NCBI GenBank assembly: GCA_963776245.1
Contig: CAVZLN010000005.1
Span: forward strand, 96,001-160,000
Direction: 5' to 3'
DNA: 64,000 bases
Origin: Candidatus Eiseniibacteriota bacterium
GTDB taxonomy: Bacteria > Eisenbacteria > RBG-16-71-46
Made by a program: the position numbers and the translations under genes. Below are positions 1-13,614 of this stretch, piece by piece. The notes beneath the pieces were generated by a model. That model saw only the letters and a program-made list of their open reading frames with translations, had not been told where the DNA came from and did no database searches. The stretch's first letter is position 1; the number at the start of each line of letters is the position of its first letter.

Positions 1-531
1 CTGCTCCAGCGCCTCCGCGGCGATGGCCTCGGGCGCCGCGCCCTCGGGCGCGCGCCAGAACGAAGCCTGCGCCTGCGGAGCCAGCCGCTCGAGCTGGTCG
101 ATGGCCGCCGGCCGATGGACGTCCGCGCTGGCGAGCAGCACCCGCTTCTTGCGCTCGTGCAGCCAGCGCGCCAGCTTGCCGGCGAAAGTGGTCTTGCCCG
201 AGCCCTGCAGGCCCGCGAGCAGCACCACCGTCGGCACGTGCGGCGAGCCCGCGAGCGTGACCGGGCTCTGCCCGAGCAGGCTCACCAGCTCCTCTTGCAC
301 GATCCCCACCACCTGCTGACCGGCGGTGAGACTCTTCAGTACGTCCTCGCCGATCGCCCGGGCCTCGACCCGCGCCACGAAGTCGCGGGCCACCGACACA
401 TGCACGTCGGCCTCGAGGAGCGCTCGACGCACGTCGCGCAGGCTATCGCGGATGTTGTCCGGCGTGAGGCGGGCCTGCCCGGTGAGATTCCGGACGATGC
501 CCTGGATGCGATCGGTGAGCGCTTCGAACAC
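1..531 (-). CDS. ffh: Signal recognition particle protein (5' part, runs off window)
   Basis: Manual translation from GTG at 531: MFEALTDRIQGIVRNLTGQARLT...RRALLEADV...GLQGSGKTT...ADVHRPAAIDQL; NG domain motifs. Not in the supplied ORF track. Confidence 0.95.
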   Translation of the reverse strand, partial: MFEALTDRIQGIVRNLTGQARLTPDNIRDSLRDVRRALLEADVHVSVARDFVARVEARAIGEDVLKSLTAGQQVVGIVQEELVSLLGQSPVTLAGSPHVPTVVLLAGLQGSGKTTFAGKLARWLHERKKRVLLASADVHRPAAIDQLERLAPQAQASFWRAPEGAAPEAIAAEALEQ

Positions 532-557
532 GTTCCCTCAGGTCCTCGAAGCGGGGA

Positions 558-587
558 GTTATACCACGCCGCGCGGCCCGGGGTGAA
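558..587 (-). promoter_or_regulatory. Putative sigma70 promoter of ffh
   Basis: Minus strand TTCACC-N18-TATAAC with TG extension, in the intergenic gap. Confidence 0.5.
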
Positions 588-603
588 GCCCGGTGTGGCG
601 GGA

Positions 604-1284
604 TCAGCGGACCGCGTCCCGCAGCTCCGCCAGCGCCCGGCGCGGGTCGGGCTGGCGGAACACCGCGTTCCCCGCCACGAACACCTCGGCGCCGGCGGCG
701 CGCGCGGCGCTCGCGGTGTCGGGCGCGATGCCCCCGTCCACCTCGATCACGAAGCGCCCGCCATGCGCGGCGCGCCAGGCGGCGGCCTCGCGCACCTTGG
801 AGAGCTGTTCGGGCCGGAACGACTGCCCGCCGAACCCGGGCTCCACGGTCATCACCAGCAGCAGGTCGAGCCCGGCGAGGTGCGGCTCAACGGCCGCGAA
901 CGGCGTGCCCGGCTTGAGCGCCAGTCCGGCGCGCGCGCCGCTCGAGCGGACCTCCGCGAGCGCCCCCGCCACGCCGTGCTCGTGCGGCGCCTCGAGATGG
1001 AGCGTGATGAGGTCGGCGCCGGCCTCGCGGAAGGCGCGCACCAGCCGCTGGGGCTGGTCGATCATGAGATGCACGTCGAGGAACGCCGCGGTGAGCCGGC
1101 GCGCCGCGGCGACCACCAGCGGCCCGAACGTGAGGTTGGGCACGAAGTGGTTGTCCATCACGTCGCAATGCACCCAGTCGCGCGCCGGGTCGGCGATCGC
1201 CAGCTCGGCTCCGAGCCGCGCGAAGTCGGCGGACAGGATGGAGGGCGCGACGATGGGCGGGGTGAGCATGGGATTCGTGGACAT
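604..1284 (-). CDS. rpe: Ribulose-phosphate 3-epimerase
   Basis: APSILSADF, HCDVMDNHFVPNLTFG, DVHLM, MTVEPGFGGQ, EVDGG motifs; start 1284 or 1269. Confidence 0.95.
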   Translation of the reverse strand: MSTNPMLTPPIVAPSILSADFARLGAELAIADPARDWVHCDVMDNHFVPNLTFGPLVVAAARRLTAAFLDVHLMIDQPQRLVRAFREAGADLITLHLEAPHEHGVAGALAEVRSSGARAGLALKPGTPFAAVEPHLAGLDLLLVMTVEPGFGGQSFRPEQLSKVREAAAWRAAHGGRFVIEVDGGIAPDTASAARAAGAEVFVAGNAVFRQPDPRRALAELRDAVR

Positions 1285-1408
1285 GGGTCGATGGGCCTCG
1301 CGCGCCCCGCCGGGGTTCACCTTCGCCCGGCCGGGTGGACGATGCGGAGGATAGCAGCGGGGCGCGGGCGGGAGGAACCGGCGCGCGGACGGCGGTGGGC
1401 GCGCGCGG

Positions 1409-2218
1409 TCATCGGATCATCCGTCCCGTGGCCTGCACCACGATGTCGGCGTTGCGGGCGATCCGCGACCCGGGCGCCGGGTCCTGGACCACGATGGTGC
1501 CGATCGAGGGAGCGGCGGGCGGGGTGATCACGCGGAAGCCGTAGGACTCGAGCTGGCGTCGCGCGCCGCCGATCTCGCGGCCGAGCAGGTCGGGCATGAC
1601 GTAGAGCTCGGCGCGCGCGCCGGTCGAGACCAGCAGGCCCACCACGCCATCGCGCGGCAGCACGGTCTCGGCGGGCGGGTCGGAGGCCACCACCAGGCCG
1701 TCTCCGACCTCGTCGGAAGGCGCGCGCGTGATGCCACCCACGCGCAGCCCGGCGCGCTCCACCAGCAGGCGGGCGCTGCGCAGCGACTCGCCGAACAGCG
1801 CCGGGACCGACGACGACTGTTCGCCCAGGCTCAGCATGACCAGGACGCGTTTGCGGCCGCGCACCGGGGTCTCGGGGGGCGGGTCCTGCGACACCACGAA
1901 CCCGGCCGGCACCGACGGGTCGAAGCGCTCGCCGGCACGCGACACCGCGATCCCCATCGGCCGCAGGGTGCGCTCGGCCTGCTCGAGCGTGAGATTGGTG
2001 AGGTCGGGCAGCCGCACCTCGCCGGCACTGTGGATCAGCCGCGGCATGACGAGGTTGTTGAAGATCACGAGCCCGGTCGCGAACGCTCCGACCGCGAGCA
2101 CCAGCAGCGACAGCATCGCGCGCACGCGACGCCGTCGGGGTCGCGGGGCGCTGCCGGCCGCGCGGGGCGGCGCGGCGGGCGCGGCGGAGGCGCCGGGGCT
2201 GCGGCCGTCGTCGCTCAC
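1409..2218 (-). CDS. Membrane-anchored PASTA-domain protein (3 PASTA repeats, no kinase)
   Basis: One TM helix, then LPDLTNLTLEQAE / VPALFGESLRSAR / MPDLLGREIGGAR repeats with QDPP motifs; GTG overlaps the rsmB stop (GTGA). Confidence 0.85.
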   Translation of the reverse strand: MSDDGRSPGASAAPAAPPRAAGSAPRPRRRRVRAMLSLLVLAVGAFATGLVIFNNLVMPRLIHSAGEVRLPDLTNLTLEQAERTLRPMGIAVSRAGERFDPSVPAGFVVSQDPPPETPVRGRKRVLVMLSLGEQSSSVPALFGESLRSARLLVERAGLRVGGITRAPSDEVGDGLVVASDPPAETVLPRDGVVGLLVSTGARAELYVMPDLLGREIGGARRQLESYGFRVITPPAAPSIGTIVVQDPAPGSRIARNADIVVQATGRMIR

Positions 2219-4722
2219 GCCTTGCGGAACCTCGCGGCGAACGCACCATCGCAGCCGTGCACGTGGGGCAGCACGCGCATGAAGCCGTCCACGTCGGCCA
2301 CGCCTTCCGGGACCACTCCGTCCGCGCTCTCGAGGACGAACTGCGGGTTCTGGTGCAGGAACTTCTCGACCACGTCCACGGTCTCCTCGGGCTCGAAGGA
2401 GCACACGCTGTACACCAGCACGCCGCCCGGGCGCACGCGCCGTCCGCCCGCGCCGAGCAGGTCGAGCTGGACCGGCGGCATCTCGGCCAGCACCTCGGGC
2501 CCCTTGCGCCAGCGCGCGTCGGCGCGCCGCCCGATCACGCCCAGCCCCGAGCACGGCGCATCCACCAGCACGCGGTCGAACGGCATCGGGAAGGTGTAGG
2601 TGTAGCCGTCCCCGTGCACCACGTGCACCGCGTGTGCGCCGAGGCGCGCCACGGTGGTCTCGAGCGAGGCGACGCGCGCCTCGTTGCGCTCCAGCGCCCA
2701 CACCTCGCCCTCGTCCTTCATCAGCTCGGCGAGGTGGGTGCTCTTGCCGCCGGGCGCGGCGCACAGATCGAGCAGCCGGTCATGCTGTTGCGGGTCGACC
2801 AGCCGCGAGACCAGCGCCTCGCTCTCGTCCTGCACCGTGCACCAGCCCTCTTTGAACGCCGCCAGCGCCGCGGGCGAGTGATTGCCCTCGATCCACACCA
2901 GGTCGGGCGAGTAGGTCGCCGGCGTGGCCACGACATCTTCCTTCGCCAGCCGTTCGATGAGCGCCTCGCGGGTGCCGCGCGTGGCGTTCACGCGCAGTCC
3001 CGAGGGCACCGCGCGGTTGTTCGCCAGCATGAGCGCACGCAACTGCCCCACGCCGAAGCGCGCGAGCCAGCGCTCGACCAGCCACACCGGATGCGAGCCC
3101 CACACCGCCAGCGACTCGACGTCGTCGCCCGCCGGGTACTCCAGCGTGTCCTTCTCGTCGGCCAGCCGCCTCAGCACGCTGTTCACCAGCCCGACGGTGC
3201 CCGGATGGCCGTACTTGTGCGCCAGCTTCACGGCCTCGTCCACCGCCGCGTGCGCCGGCACGCGATCGAGGAACAGGATCTGGTAGGCGCCGAGGCGCAG
3301 CAGGTTGCGGATCCAGGGCTGGGTCTGCGCCAGCCCGATGTGGAGCCGCTGATCGAGCGCCCAGTCGAGGCGGGCGCGCCAGCGCAGGGTGCCCTTCACG
3401 ATCTCGTGCATGAGCGCGAGATCGCGCGGGTCGGGGCCGCCCCGCTGATGCGCCCCGTCCAGCATGCGATCGCTGAAGGCGCTGCGGGTGTCGGCCGCGT
3501 GCAGGATGCGCAGCGCCGCCTCGCGCGGATTGGTGGGGAGCGCCGCCGGATCATGATCCTCGTCGCGCGGCGCGCCCGGCGGCCGGCCGCGGTCGAGCGG
3601 GCGTCCCTGCGGACGTCCCTGCGGACGGTCCCGGTCGTACGTGCGCGGCCCGCTTCGCGAGTCGCTCGCGCGCGACTTCACCAGGCCCTTGCCCGCCTCG
3701 AAGTGGAGCGTGTTCCCATAGAGCGGCCGCGAGCGGTTGACGGCGCCTTCCTGACCGTCGGTCGGGCGCGGCGCGCGGTCGCCGCCCGGACGCGGCGCGC
3801 GGTCACCCCCGCTGCGCGGCGCGCGGTCACCGTACGGTCGCGGGGATCGGTCCCCACCCGGCCGGGGCGCGCGGTCGCCGTAAGGACGGGGTGCACGATC
3901 GCCGCCGGTGCGCGGCGCGCGGTCGCCGTACGGCCGCGGCGCGCGATCACCGCCGGGTCGCGGCGCGCGATCGCCGCCGCTGCGCGGCGTGCGGTCGCCG
4001 TACGGCCGCGGCGCGCGATCGCCCCCGGGTCGCGGTGCGCGGTCGCCGCCACTGCGCGGTGCGCGGTCGCCATACGGCCGTGGCGCGCGATCGCCACCCG
4101 GGCGCGGCGCGCGATCGCCGTACGGTCGCGGTGCGCGGTCGCCGTTCGGACGTGCCGTGCGCTCGCCTCCCCGGCGTGGCGCGCGGTCGCCGCCAGCGCG
4201 CGGCGCGCGGTCGCCGTACGGCCGCGGCGCCCGGTCTCCACCGGGACGCGGACCACGATCGCCGCGCCCACCGGGTCCTCCGGCGCGGCCATCCCGCGCG
4301 CCCGGACCCCGGCGGTCGCGGTCCGCGCCGCCACGTTCGGCGGGCGGACGGGCGGGACGCTGGGGCACCGACAGCGGCGCCCGATCGCTCCGCTCACGCA
4401 CGAACGATGTGAACCCGGTGTTCGAAGACGTCGTCGGCGGTCCGTCGGCCTGTGGCGCTTCGCGCGGCTCGGAGCCGCCCGCCGGCGCTTCGGCCGGGCG
4501 CGATGCGCGCGGACGGCGGCCGAACGCGGGATCTCCTCCGGCCGCCGACTGCGGCGCCACGTTGGCGATCCAGCGCTCGAAGGTGCGCGCGGCCTCGGTG
4601 CGCGGCTCGGCGGCCGGCGCCGGCGCGCACGCGTCGCGCGGGTGAGGCACGGCCGCGCGCGGCGGGCGGGCGGCTGTCGAGTCCACCGGTCCACGGCGGC
4701 GCGGGCTGCGGGCGTCGGTCAC
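2215..4722 (-). CDS. rsmB: 16S rRNA m5C967 methyltransferase RsmB with ~400-aa low-complexity N-terminal extension
   Basis: NusB-like domain (LRLGAYQILFLDRVPAHAAVDEAV), DLCAAPGGKS, DAPCSGLG, YSVCS; AAGGAG RBS and GTG overlapping the fmt stop. Confidence 0.92.
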   Translation of the reverse strand: MTDARSPRRRGPVDSTAARPPRAAVPHPRDACAPAPAAEPRTEAARTFERWIANVAPQSAAGGDPAFGRRPRASRPAEAPAGGSEPREAPQADGPPTTSSNTGFTSFVRERSDRAPLSVPQRPARPPAERGGADRDRRGPGARDGRAGGPGGRGDRGPRPGGDRAPRPYGDRAPRAGGDRAPRRGGERTARPNGDRAPRPYGDRAPRPGGDRAPRPYGDRAPRSGGDRAPRPGGDRAPRPYGDRTPRSGGDRAPRPGGDRAPRPYGDRAPRTGGDRAPRPYGDRAPRPGGDRSPRPYGDRAPRSGGDRAPRPGGDRAPRPTDGQEGAVNRSRPLYGNTLHFEAGKGLVKSRASDSRSGPRTYDRDRPQGRPQGRPLDRGRPPGAPRDEDHDPAALPTNPREAALRILHAADTRSAFSDRMLDGAHQRGGPDPRDLALMHEIVKGTLRWRARLDWALDQRLHIGLAQTQPWIRNLLRLGAYQILFLDRVPAHAAVDEAVKLAHKYGHPGTVGLVNSVLRRLADEKDTLEYPAGDDVESLAVWGSHPVWLVERWLARFGVGQLRALMLANNRAVPSGLRVNATRGTREALIERLAKEDVVATPATYSPDLVWIEGNHSPAALAAFKEGWCTVQDESEALVSRLVDPQQHDRLLDLCAAPGGKSTHLAELMKDEGEVWALERNEARVASLETTVARLGAHAVHVVHGDGYTYTFPMPFDRVLVDAPCSGLGVIGRRADARWRKGPEVLAEMPPVQLDLLGAGGRRVRPGGVLVYSVCSFEPEETVDVVEKFLHQNPQFVLESADGVVPEGVADVDGFMRVLPHVHGCDGAFAARFRKA
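3760..4263 (-). repeat. Coding tandem repeat, 21 x 24 bp, encoding GDRAPR(P/S/A/T/R)(Y/G)
   Basis: Counted in the RsmB translation; synonymous third-position variation between units. Confidence 0.93.
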
Positions 4723-5679
4723 GCGTGCGTCTCCTTCATGGTCTGCATCCGTTCTCCGTTCGAGAGTCTCGCGCCGCGAGCCCAGTCGGCCGCCGGCTGT
4801 TCGCTCCGTCCTTCAGGCTTCACGCGGGCCACGCGCAGGGCGCCCGTGCCGCACGCCACCACCACGCCATCGTGCCGTACCTCGAGCACCGTGCCCGGGC
4901 GCCACGGCCACCGGCAGGAGATGTTCGGGCATCGCCTGGCACACGATCACCCGCCGGTCGTGCAGCGCGGCCGCGGCCCCGGGCCACGGCGTCACCGCGC
5001 GCGCGCGGTTCCACACCGCCAGCGCGTCGAGCGTCCAGTCGATCACGCCGTCCTCCTTCTTCAGTTTCTTCGCGTACGATCCCGCCGTCCGGTCCTGCGG
5101 CGTCCGCGGTGCCCGTCCCGCGTGCGCGAGCGTCACGGTCCCGGCCAGCAGCGAGGCCCCTTCCTCGGCGAGCCGCGCCGCCAGCGAGGCGGCGTCGTCC
5201 GCGGCCAGGATGGGCGTCAGCCGCTGCTCGATCAGGTCGCCGGTGTCCAGCCCCGCGTCCATGAACATCGTGGTGCTCCCGGTCCACGCCCGCCCGTCCC
5301 ACAACGCGCGCTGGATCGGCGCGGCGCCGCGATAGTCGGGCAGCAGCGAGGCGTGCAGGTTGACCGCGCCCGCGCGCGGCACGTCGAGCAGCGCCTGCGG
5401 CAGGATCATCCCGAACGCCACCACCACGAGCAGGTCGGGCGCCACCGCGGCGATGTCCGTCCAGTGCTCCCGCGTCTTCAACGTCTCCGGCTTGATCACC
5501 GCCAGTCCCATCGCCGTGGCCACCGCGGCCACCGGCGAGGGCCCCACGGCCAGACCGCGGCCCCGGGGCCGATCGGGCTGCGTGACCACCAGCGCCACCT
5601 CGCACCCGCGCGCCAGCGCGCGCAGGGCGGGCACCGCGAACTCCGGCGTGCCCATGAACACCACTCGCGGACGGCTCAG
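4719..5679 (-). CDS. fmt: Methionyl-tRNA formyltransferase (one apparent frameshift near 4900)
   Basis: VVFMGTPEFA, VTQPDRPRGRG, NLHASLLPDYRGAAPIQ; C-terminus (PGTVLEVRHDGVVVACGTGALRV...) continues in another frame to TGA at 4719; probable CTG start. Confidence 0.92.
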
Positions 5680-6226
5680 AGCGACTCCTCCGCGGCCCGC
5701 GGCCTGTGCTCCTCGGGCAGCTCGCCGCGCGCCAGCGCGTCGAGCGAGCGGCGCAGGAACTGGCGCTTGAGCGGCGACAGCCGGTCCACGAACAGCACGC
5801 CGTCGAGATGGTCGATCTCGTGCTGGATGGCCCGCGCCAGGAACCCCTCGGCCTCGAGCGTGAACGCCCGCCCGTGCTCGTCGCGCGCGCTCACCTTGAG
5901 CGTGAGCGCGCGCGGTGACGTCGTCGTAGATGCCGGGCATCGAGAGGCAGCCCTCCTCGCGCGGTGTCCGATCCCGAGCGTGTCTCGACGACCGGGTTGA
6001 TCATGGTGTACTCGGCGTGGGCCTGGTCGTCGAGCGGGACGCTCACCACCAGCACGCGCTGCGCGACCCCCACCTGGTTGGCGGCCAGCCCGACGCCGTT
6101 GTACGCCTTCATGGTCTCGAACATGTCCTCGACCAGGCGGCGCACCGAGTCGTCGACCGATCCGATCTCGGCCGCTTTCTGGCGCAACACCGGGTCGCCG
6201 TAGATGCGCACCGGCCGGACCGCCAT
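5676..6226 (-). CDS. def: Peptide deformylase (two apparent frameshifts near 5960 and 5910)
   Basis: YGDPVLR, GVGLAANQVG, EGCLS, QHEIDHLDG motifs spread over three frames. Confidence 0.93.
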
Positions 6227-6549
6227 CAGGCACCCTTCTCCTGCACCACCGAGACGACGGCGCTCTTGAGGAACTCCACCTTCACGTCGTCGGCCACCTT
6301 GAGCACGACCTTGGCGTCGTCCACGCCCACCACGGTGCCGAGCATGCCGCCCGAGGTCACCACCCGATCGCCCTTCTTGAGCGCCTTGAGCATGGCCTGC
6401 ACCTTCTTCTGGGTCTCCTGCTGCGGGCGGATGAGCAGGAAGTACATGATGACGAAGATGAGCAGGATGGGGCCGAACTGCACCAGCATGGCGATGGTCG
6501 GATTCGCGTTCGGCGCGGCACCGGCCTGCGCCCAGGCATCGCTCCACAT
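6226..6549 (-). CDS. yajC: Preprotein translocase subunit YajC
   Basis: YFLLIRPQQ...LKKGDRVVTSGG; follows tgt. Confidence 0.95.
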   Translation of the reverse strand: MWSDAWAQAGAAPNANPTIAMLVQFGPILLIFVIMYFLLIRPQQETQKKVQAMLKALKKGDRVVTSGGMLGTVVGVDDAKVVLKVADDVKVEFLKSAVVSVVQEKGA

Positions 6550-6567
6550 GGGTCGTGTCCTCGGGTC

Positions 6568-10375
<3,808 letters not shown>

Positions 10376-10380
10376 ACGCG

Positions 10381-10417
10381 ACGGGCGCGCGCCCGTGATG
10401 CGGGGCGCGCGCCCGTG
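10381..10417. terminator. GC-rich palindromes/hairpin between convergent genes
   Basis: ACGGGCGCGCGCCCGT perfect palindrome followed by a near copy; no clear U-tract. Confidence 0.4.
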
Positions 10418-10438
10418 CGTGACGCGATCGCTTGAGGC

Positions 10439-11172
10439 TCAGCCCTCGACGCCCTCGTCCTCGCCTTCGCCCTCACCCGGATCATCGAGGCCGAAGCCCA
10501 TGCCCCGGCCCATCCCCATGCCGCGGCCCGGCCCGGGGCCGCCCTGGTGCAGCTCGCGCGCCTTCTTCTGCTGCGCGGGCGTGAGCAGGCCGCGCACCTC
10601 GAGCAGCGCGCCCACGTGCGCCTTCTGGATCGCGGCGCGCAGCCCGGCGACGCGATCGATCTGCGCCCCCACCGCCCCGGCGTCGGGCTGGTCGCCGCGC
10701 AGCAGCTTGCCGAGATCCATCTGCGCGATCCGCAGGTCGGCCTGCATCTGCACGACCTTCCTCGCGGTGCGCTCGTGGATGTCGGCGACCTTCTCGCGCT
10801 GCGCGTCGGTGAGATCGAGCGCCTTCAGCATGGCCATCGCGCCCCCCGGCCCGTGGCCGCGCATGCCGGACCCCATCCCCGGGCCCATGCCGCCGGGCCC
10901 GCGTCCCATCCTGCCGCGGCCGTGCATGCCCATCGGGCCGCCGTGCACACAACACGCCGCACCCATGCCGCATCCCGCGCGATCCTTGCCGCCGCGTCCA
11001 TGCCCGGCATCGGGCCACCCGGGCCGGGGCCCATGCCCGGCGCGTGCATACCGGCCGCCGGCGCCTTGCCCGGCGCCTTGGCCGCCGCGTCGGTCTGCGC
11101 CCACGCACCCGTGGCCACCAGCACCAGGGCCACCAGGCTCATCGCGATCGTGGTCTTCCTCTTGGTCGTCAT
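10439..11172 (-). CDS. Spy/CpxP/ZraP-like periplasmic LTXXQ protein (apparent frameshift near 10980)
   Basis: Signal peptide MTTKRK...AWA, Met/Gly/His-rich linker, LDLTDAQREK and LLTPAQQKK motifs. Confidence 0.8.
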
Positions 11173-11645
11173 CGTTCCTCTCCTGGATCCGGGTCTCCAC
11201 CCGGGGGCCGGCCTTCATCGGGAAGCGGGCGGCCGGTACGCCCGCGCCAGGACTGCTGGTATCGCATCAGCAACTCGCGCCAGTGCGCGCGCTGCTCCTC
11301 GGTGAGCTCGCGCTCGATGGAGGCGTGGGTGCTGTCGCGCAGCGCCGTCTGCTCGACGCGCATGCGCTCCAGCGCGGCGCGGCATGCGCGCGCTGGACGT
11401 CGCCAGGCCGAGCTCGCGTTCGAGGTGCTCGAGCATCGGCCGCGGGCCCATCCCGCGCCCGGGCCCATGCCGCGCATCCCCATCGGACCGAGGGCCGGGC
11501 ATGCCCTCAGGCCGCCCCCGTGGAGCGCGAACGGCGGGAGCGGCACGCCGAAGCGCATGAACGCGATACCCGCCACCAGTCCGAGCGCGAAGCCGACGAT
11601 GAGCGAGGCCACGACCGCGATCACGATCCCGCGGACTCCGTTCAT
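11169..11645 (-). CDS. Membrane-anchored periplasmic LTXXQ/heavy-metal-sensor-like protein (probable internal indels)
   Basis: N-terminal TM, GPMGM linker, ELTEEQRAHW motif; ATGA overlaps on both sides. Confidence 0.6.
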   Translation of the reverse strand: MNGVRGIVIAVVASLIVGFALGLVAGIAFMRFGVPLPPFALHGGGLRACPALGPMGMRGMGPGAGWARGRCSSTSNASSAWRRPARACRAALERMRVEQTALRDSTHASIERELTEEQRAHWRELLMRYQQSWRGRTGRPLPDEGRPPGGDPDPGEER

Positions 11646-12000
11646 CGTGCCTCCGCTGTCCGCCGGCAGCGGGCGACCGCGTGGGTCGTCCCGGCGCGCG
11701 CCGGACTGGTCGAGCTCGGCCACCAGCGCGTCGCTGAGATCGTCGCTGGCGGGCGCTCGTCACGGTGGCGCTGGCGCGGTCGCGACCAGCACCACCGACG
11801 CCGCCACCGAGACCGCGAGCAGCGTGAACGCCGCCGCCAGGCGCCGAGGGCCGCATCGCCCAGCCGAGCCAGCGCGGCTGGCGCTCGCGCGCCTCGATGC
11901 GGGCGCGCACCCGGGTCCACAGCGCCGGCTCGGCGTCGGCGCTCACCGAGGCCAGCAGCCGCGTCAGGCGCTCGTCCTCGTGCCGTTCGTCGTCGTTCAT
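11642..12000 (-). CDS. Putative transmembrane anti-sigma factor (apparent frameshifts)
   Basis: MNDDERHEDERLTRLL...LWTRVRARIE, then a hydrophobic segment; ATGA-coupled to the ECF sigma gene. Confidence 0.6.
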
Positions 12001-12575
12001 CGCGTCCCTCCGCTCTCGAACCGTTCCCGCATCGTCGCCTTCAGCGTCTCGCGCGCCCGGTACAGCCTCGACTTCACCGCCGCCACGCTCGCACCGGTCG
12101 CTCCGCCGACCTCGTCGTAGGTCAGCCCGAGCCGGTCGCGCAGCACCACCGCCTCGCGCTGCTCGGGTGGGAGCGCGTCGATCGCCCGCTCCAGCGCGGC
12201 CAGCAGCCGCGGCGTGTCGATCGCCTCGTCCCACCCCGCCACCGGATCCACCCGCAGCCCGGCCTCCGCGACCGGGTCGTGGTCCTCGAGCGCGCCGCCC
12301 GCGAACCGGCGCCGCCGCAGCAGATCGCGGCAGCGGTTGGAGACGATGCGCAGCACCCAGGTCTTCAGGCCCCGCTCCCCGCGGAATCCGGGGGCCGCGT
12401 CGCGGATGCGCATCAGCGCGTCCTCGACCACGTCGGCCGCCTCGTCGGGGTCCCGCAACAGGCTGCGCGCCAGTGTCGTCATCGCACCGCCATATTCCCG
12501 GTACGCCTCGCCGAGCGCGTCCAGGTCCCGCGCACGCAGCCGGGCGATGAGGTCGCTTTCCGATGTCGGTCCCAG
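11997..12575 (-). CDS. ECF RNA polymerase sigma factor
   Basis: Region 2 (AADVVEDA...LKTWVLRIVSNRCRD) and region 4 (LPPEQREAVVLRD...TYDEV...VKSRLYRAR); probable CTG start after GGAGG. Confidence 0.9.
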   Translation of the reverse strand: MGPTSESDLIARLRARDLDALGEAYREYGGAMTTLARSLLRDPDEAADVVEDALMRIRDAAPGFRGERGLKTWVLRIVSNRCRDLLRRRRFAGGALEDHDPVAEAGLRVDPVAGWDEAIDTPRLLAALERAIDALPPEQREAVVLRDRLGLTYDEVGGATGASVAAVKSRLYRARETLKATMRERFESGGTR

Positions 12576-12596
12576 TCTCCCTCCGTGCGTACGGAG

Positions 12597-12625
12597 AATG
12601 GACGGTCGAGCCGGCCCGGAGTTGC
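12597..12625 (-). promoter_or_regulatory. Putative ECF-type (autoregulatory) promoter
   Basis: GCAAC-N17-GTCCATT directly upstream of the ECF sigma RBS. Confidence 0.5.
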
Positions 12626-12724
12626 GCGGTGCCCCGCTGGCGCGCGCCGGGCACTGCGCGGGCGGGCGGTTCGGGGGGCGGCGGGCATTGCGGAACGTGA
12701 CTCCTGCCGCAGGACAGGACCGCC

Positions 12725-13465
12725 CTACTCGCGGATCGGCCGCGGCCGCGGCAGGGCGTGACCGTCCGCCGCCCCCGACTCCGGCCCGCCCCGGCGCGCC
12801 CGGAGCACCCACTGGAACGCCATCGCGTCGGGCGTCACGCGGCACGCCACGGCGTCGAGCGCGCGCTCCACGACATCGAGCCGCAGCCGGTGCAGGATCC
12901 AGCCGAACCGTGCCCGCTGCATGCTGAACGCCAGTTCGTCGACCCGGAACCCGCACTCCCGCACCTGGTCCAGCAGCGCCCGGCGGGTGAAGAACCTCAG
13001 GTGCGAGTCGTCCAGCAGCCCGCTCTCGGTGTAGTCGAACCGGCCCCACAGCAGGTTCCAGCGCACCGTGTGATGCGCGATGTTGGGGATCGAGATCAGC
13101 AGCGCGCCCCCGGGAGCCAGCAGGCCCTGGCAGCGGCGCAGCACCGCGGCGGGGTCGCGCAGGTGCTCGAGCACGTCCGCGAACATGACGACGTCGTAGG
13201 GCCCCCGGAGGCGCGTCCACAGGGCCGCGTCCTCGATGTCACCCACGATCATGTCCTCGCAGAAACGCGCGGCCTGCTCGGCGGCGGCCGGGCTGTACTC
13301 GAACCCGGTCACGCGGCAGGCGCGCTCGTCGCGCAGGATGCGGGTCATGTAGCCGGTGGCGCAGCCGAATTCGAGCACGCGGCCGCCGGGCGCCGTCCAC
13401 TCGACGAGCTGGCGCTTATTGGCCTCGAGGCGGTCCCGCCAAGGGTAGATCTTGTCCTGCACCAT
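12725..13465 (-). CDS. Class I SAM-dependent methyltransferase
   Basis: VLEFGCATG, DVVMFADVLEHL, SIPNIAH...FDYTESGLLDDSHLRFFT. Confidence 0.85.
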   Translation of the reverse strand: MVQDKIYPWRDRLEANKRQLVEWTAPGGRVLEFGCATGYMTRILRDERACRVTGFEYSPAAAEQAARFCEDMIVGDIEDAALWTRLRGPYDVVMFADVLEHLRDPAAVLRRCQGLLAPGGALLISIPNIAHHTVRWNLLWGRFDYTESGLLDDSHLRFFTRRALLDQVRECGFRVDELAFSMQRARFGWILHRLRLDVVERALDAVACRVTPDAMAFQWVLRARRGGPESGAADGHALPRPRPIRE

Positions 13466-13614
13466 CCGACCGCGCCTCCCGGTACCGGCGGCGGACCGCG
13501 GAGCCGCCCGGCGAAGCGCCGGGCGACGGGCCGGGATCCCATTGCGCCAGTCGGGGAACCTACCCTTGTTCGTGACCGGCGCCCAACGTTATCTCGGTCC
13601 GCGCCAGCGCGTGG

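Noticed and set aside
3760..4263. 24-bp periodic repeat as a CRISPR array
   Set aside because: No unique spacers and no cas genes; the period is a multiple of 3 and in frame within rsmB with synonymous variation.
2257..6000. 1247-aa plus-strand ORF and many similar long ORFs (e.g. 7838-10315 -, 27647-29797 +, 36091-38259 +, 44694-47027 +)
   Set aside because: Antisense shadows of recognisable genes, expected at very high GC; no motifs of their own.
4719..6226. def and fmt as pseudogenes or programmed frameshift genes
   Set aside because: Motifs are intact, no slippery sites are evident, and similar indels occur throughout the window, so sequencing error is more likely.
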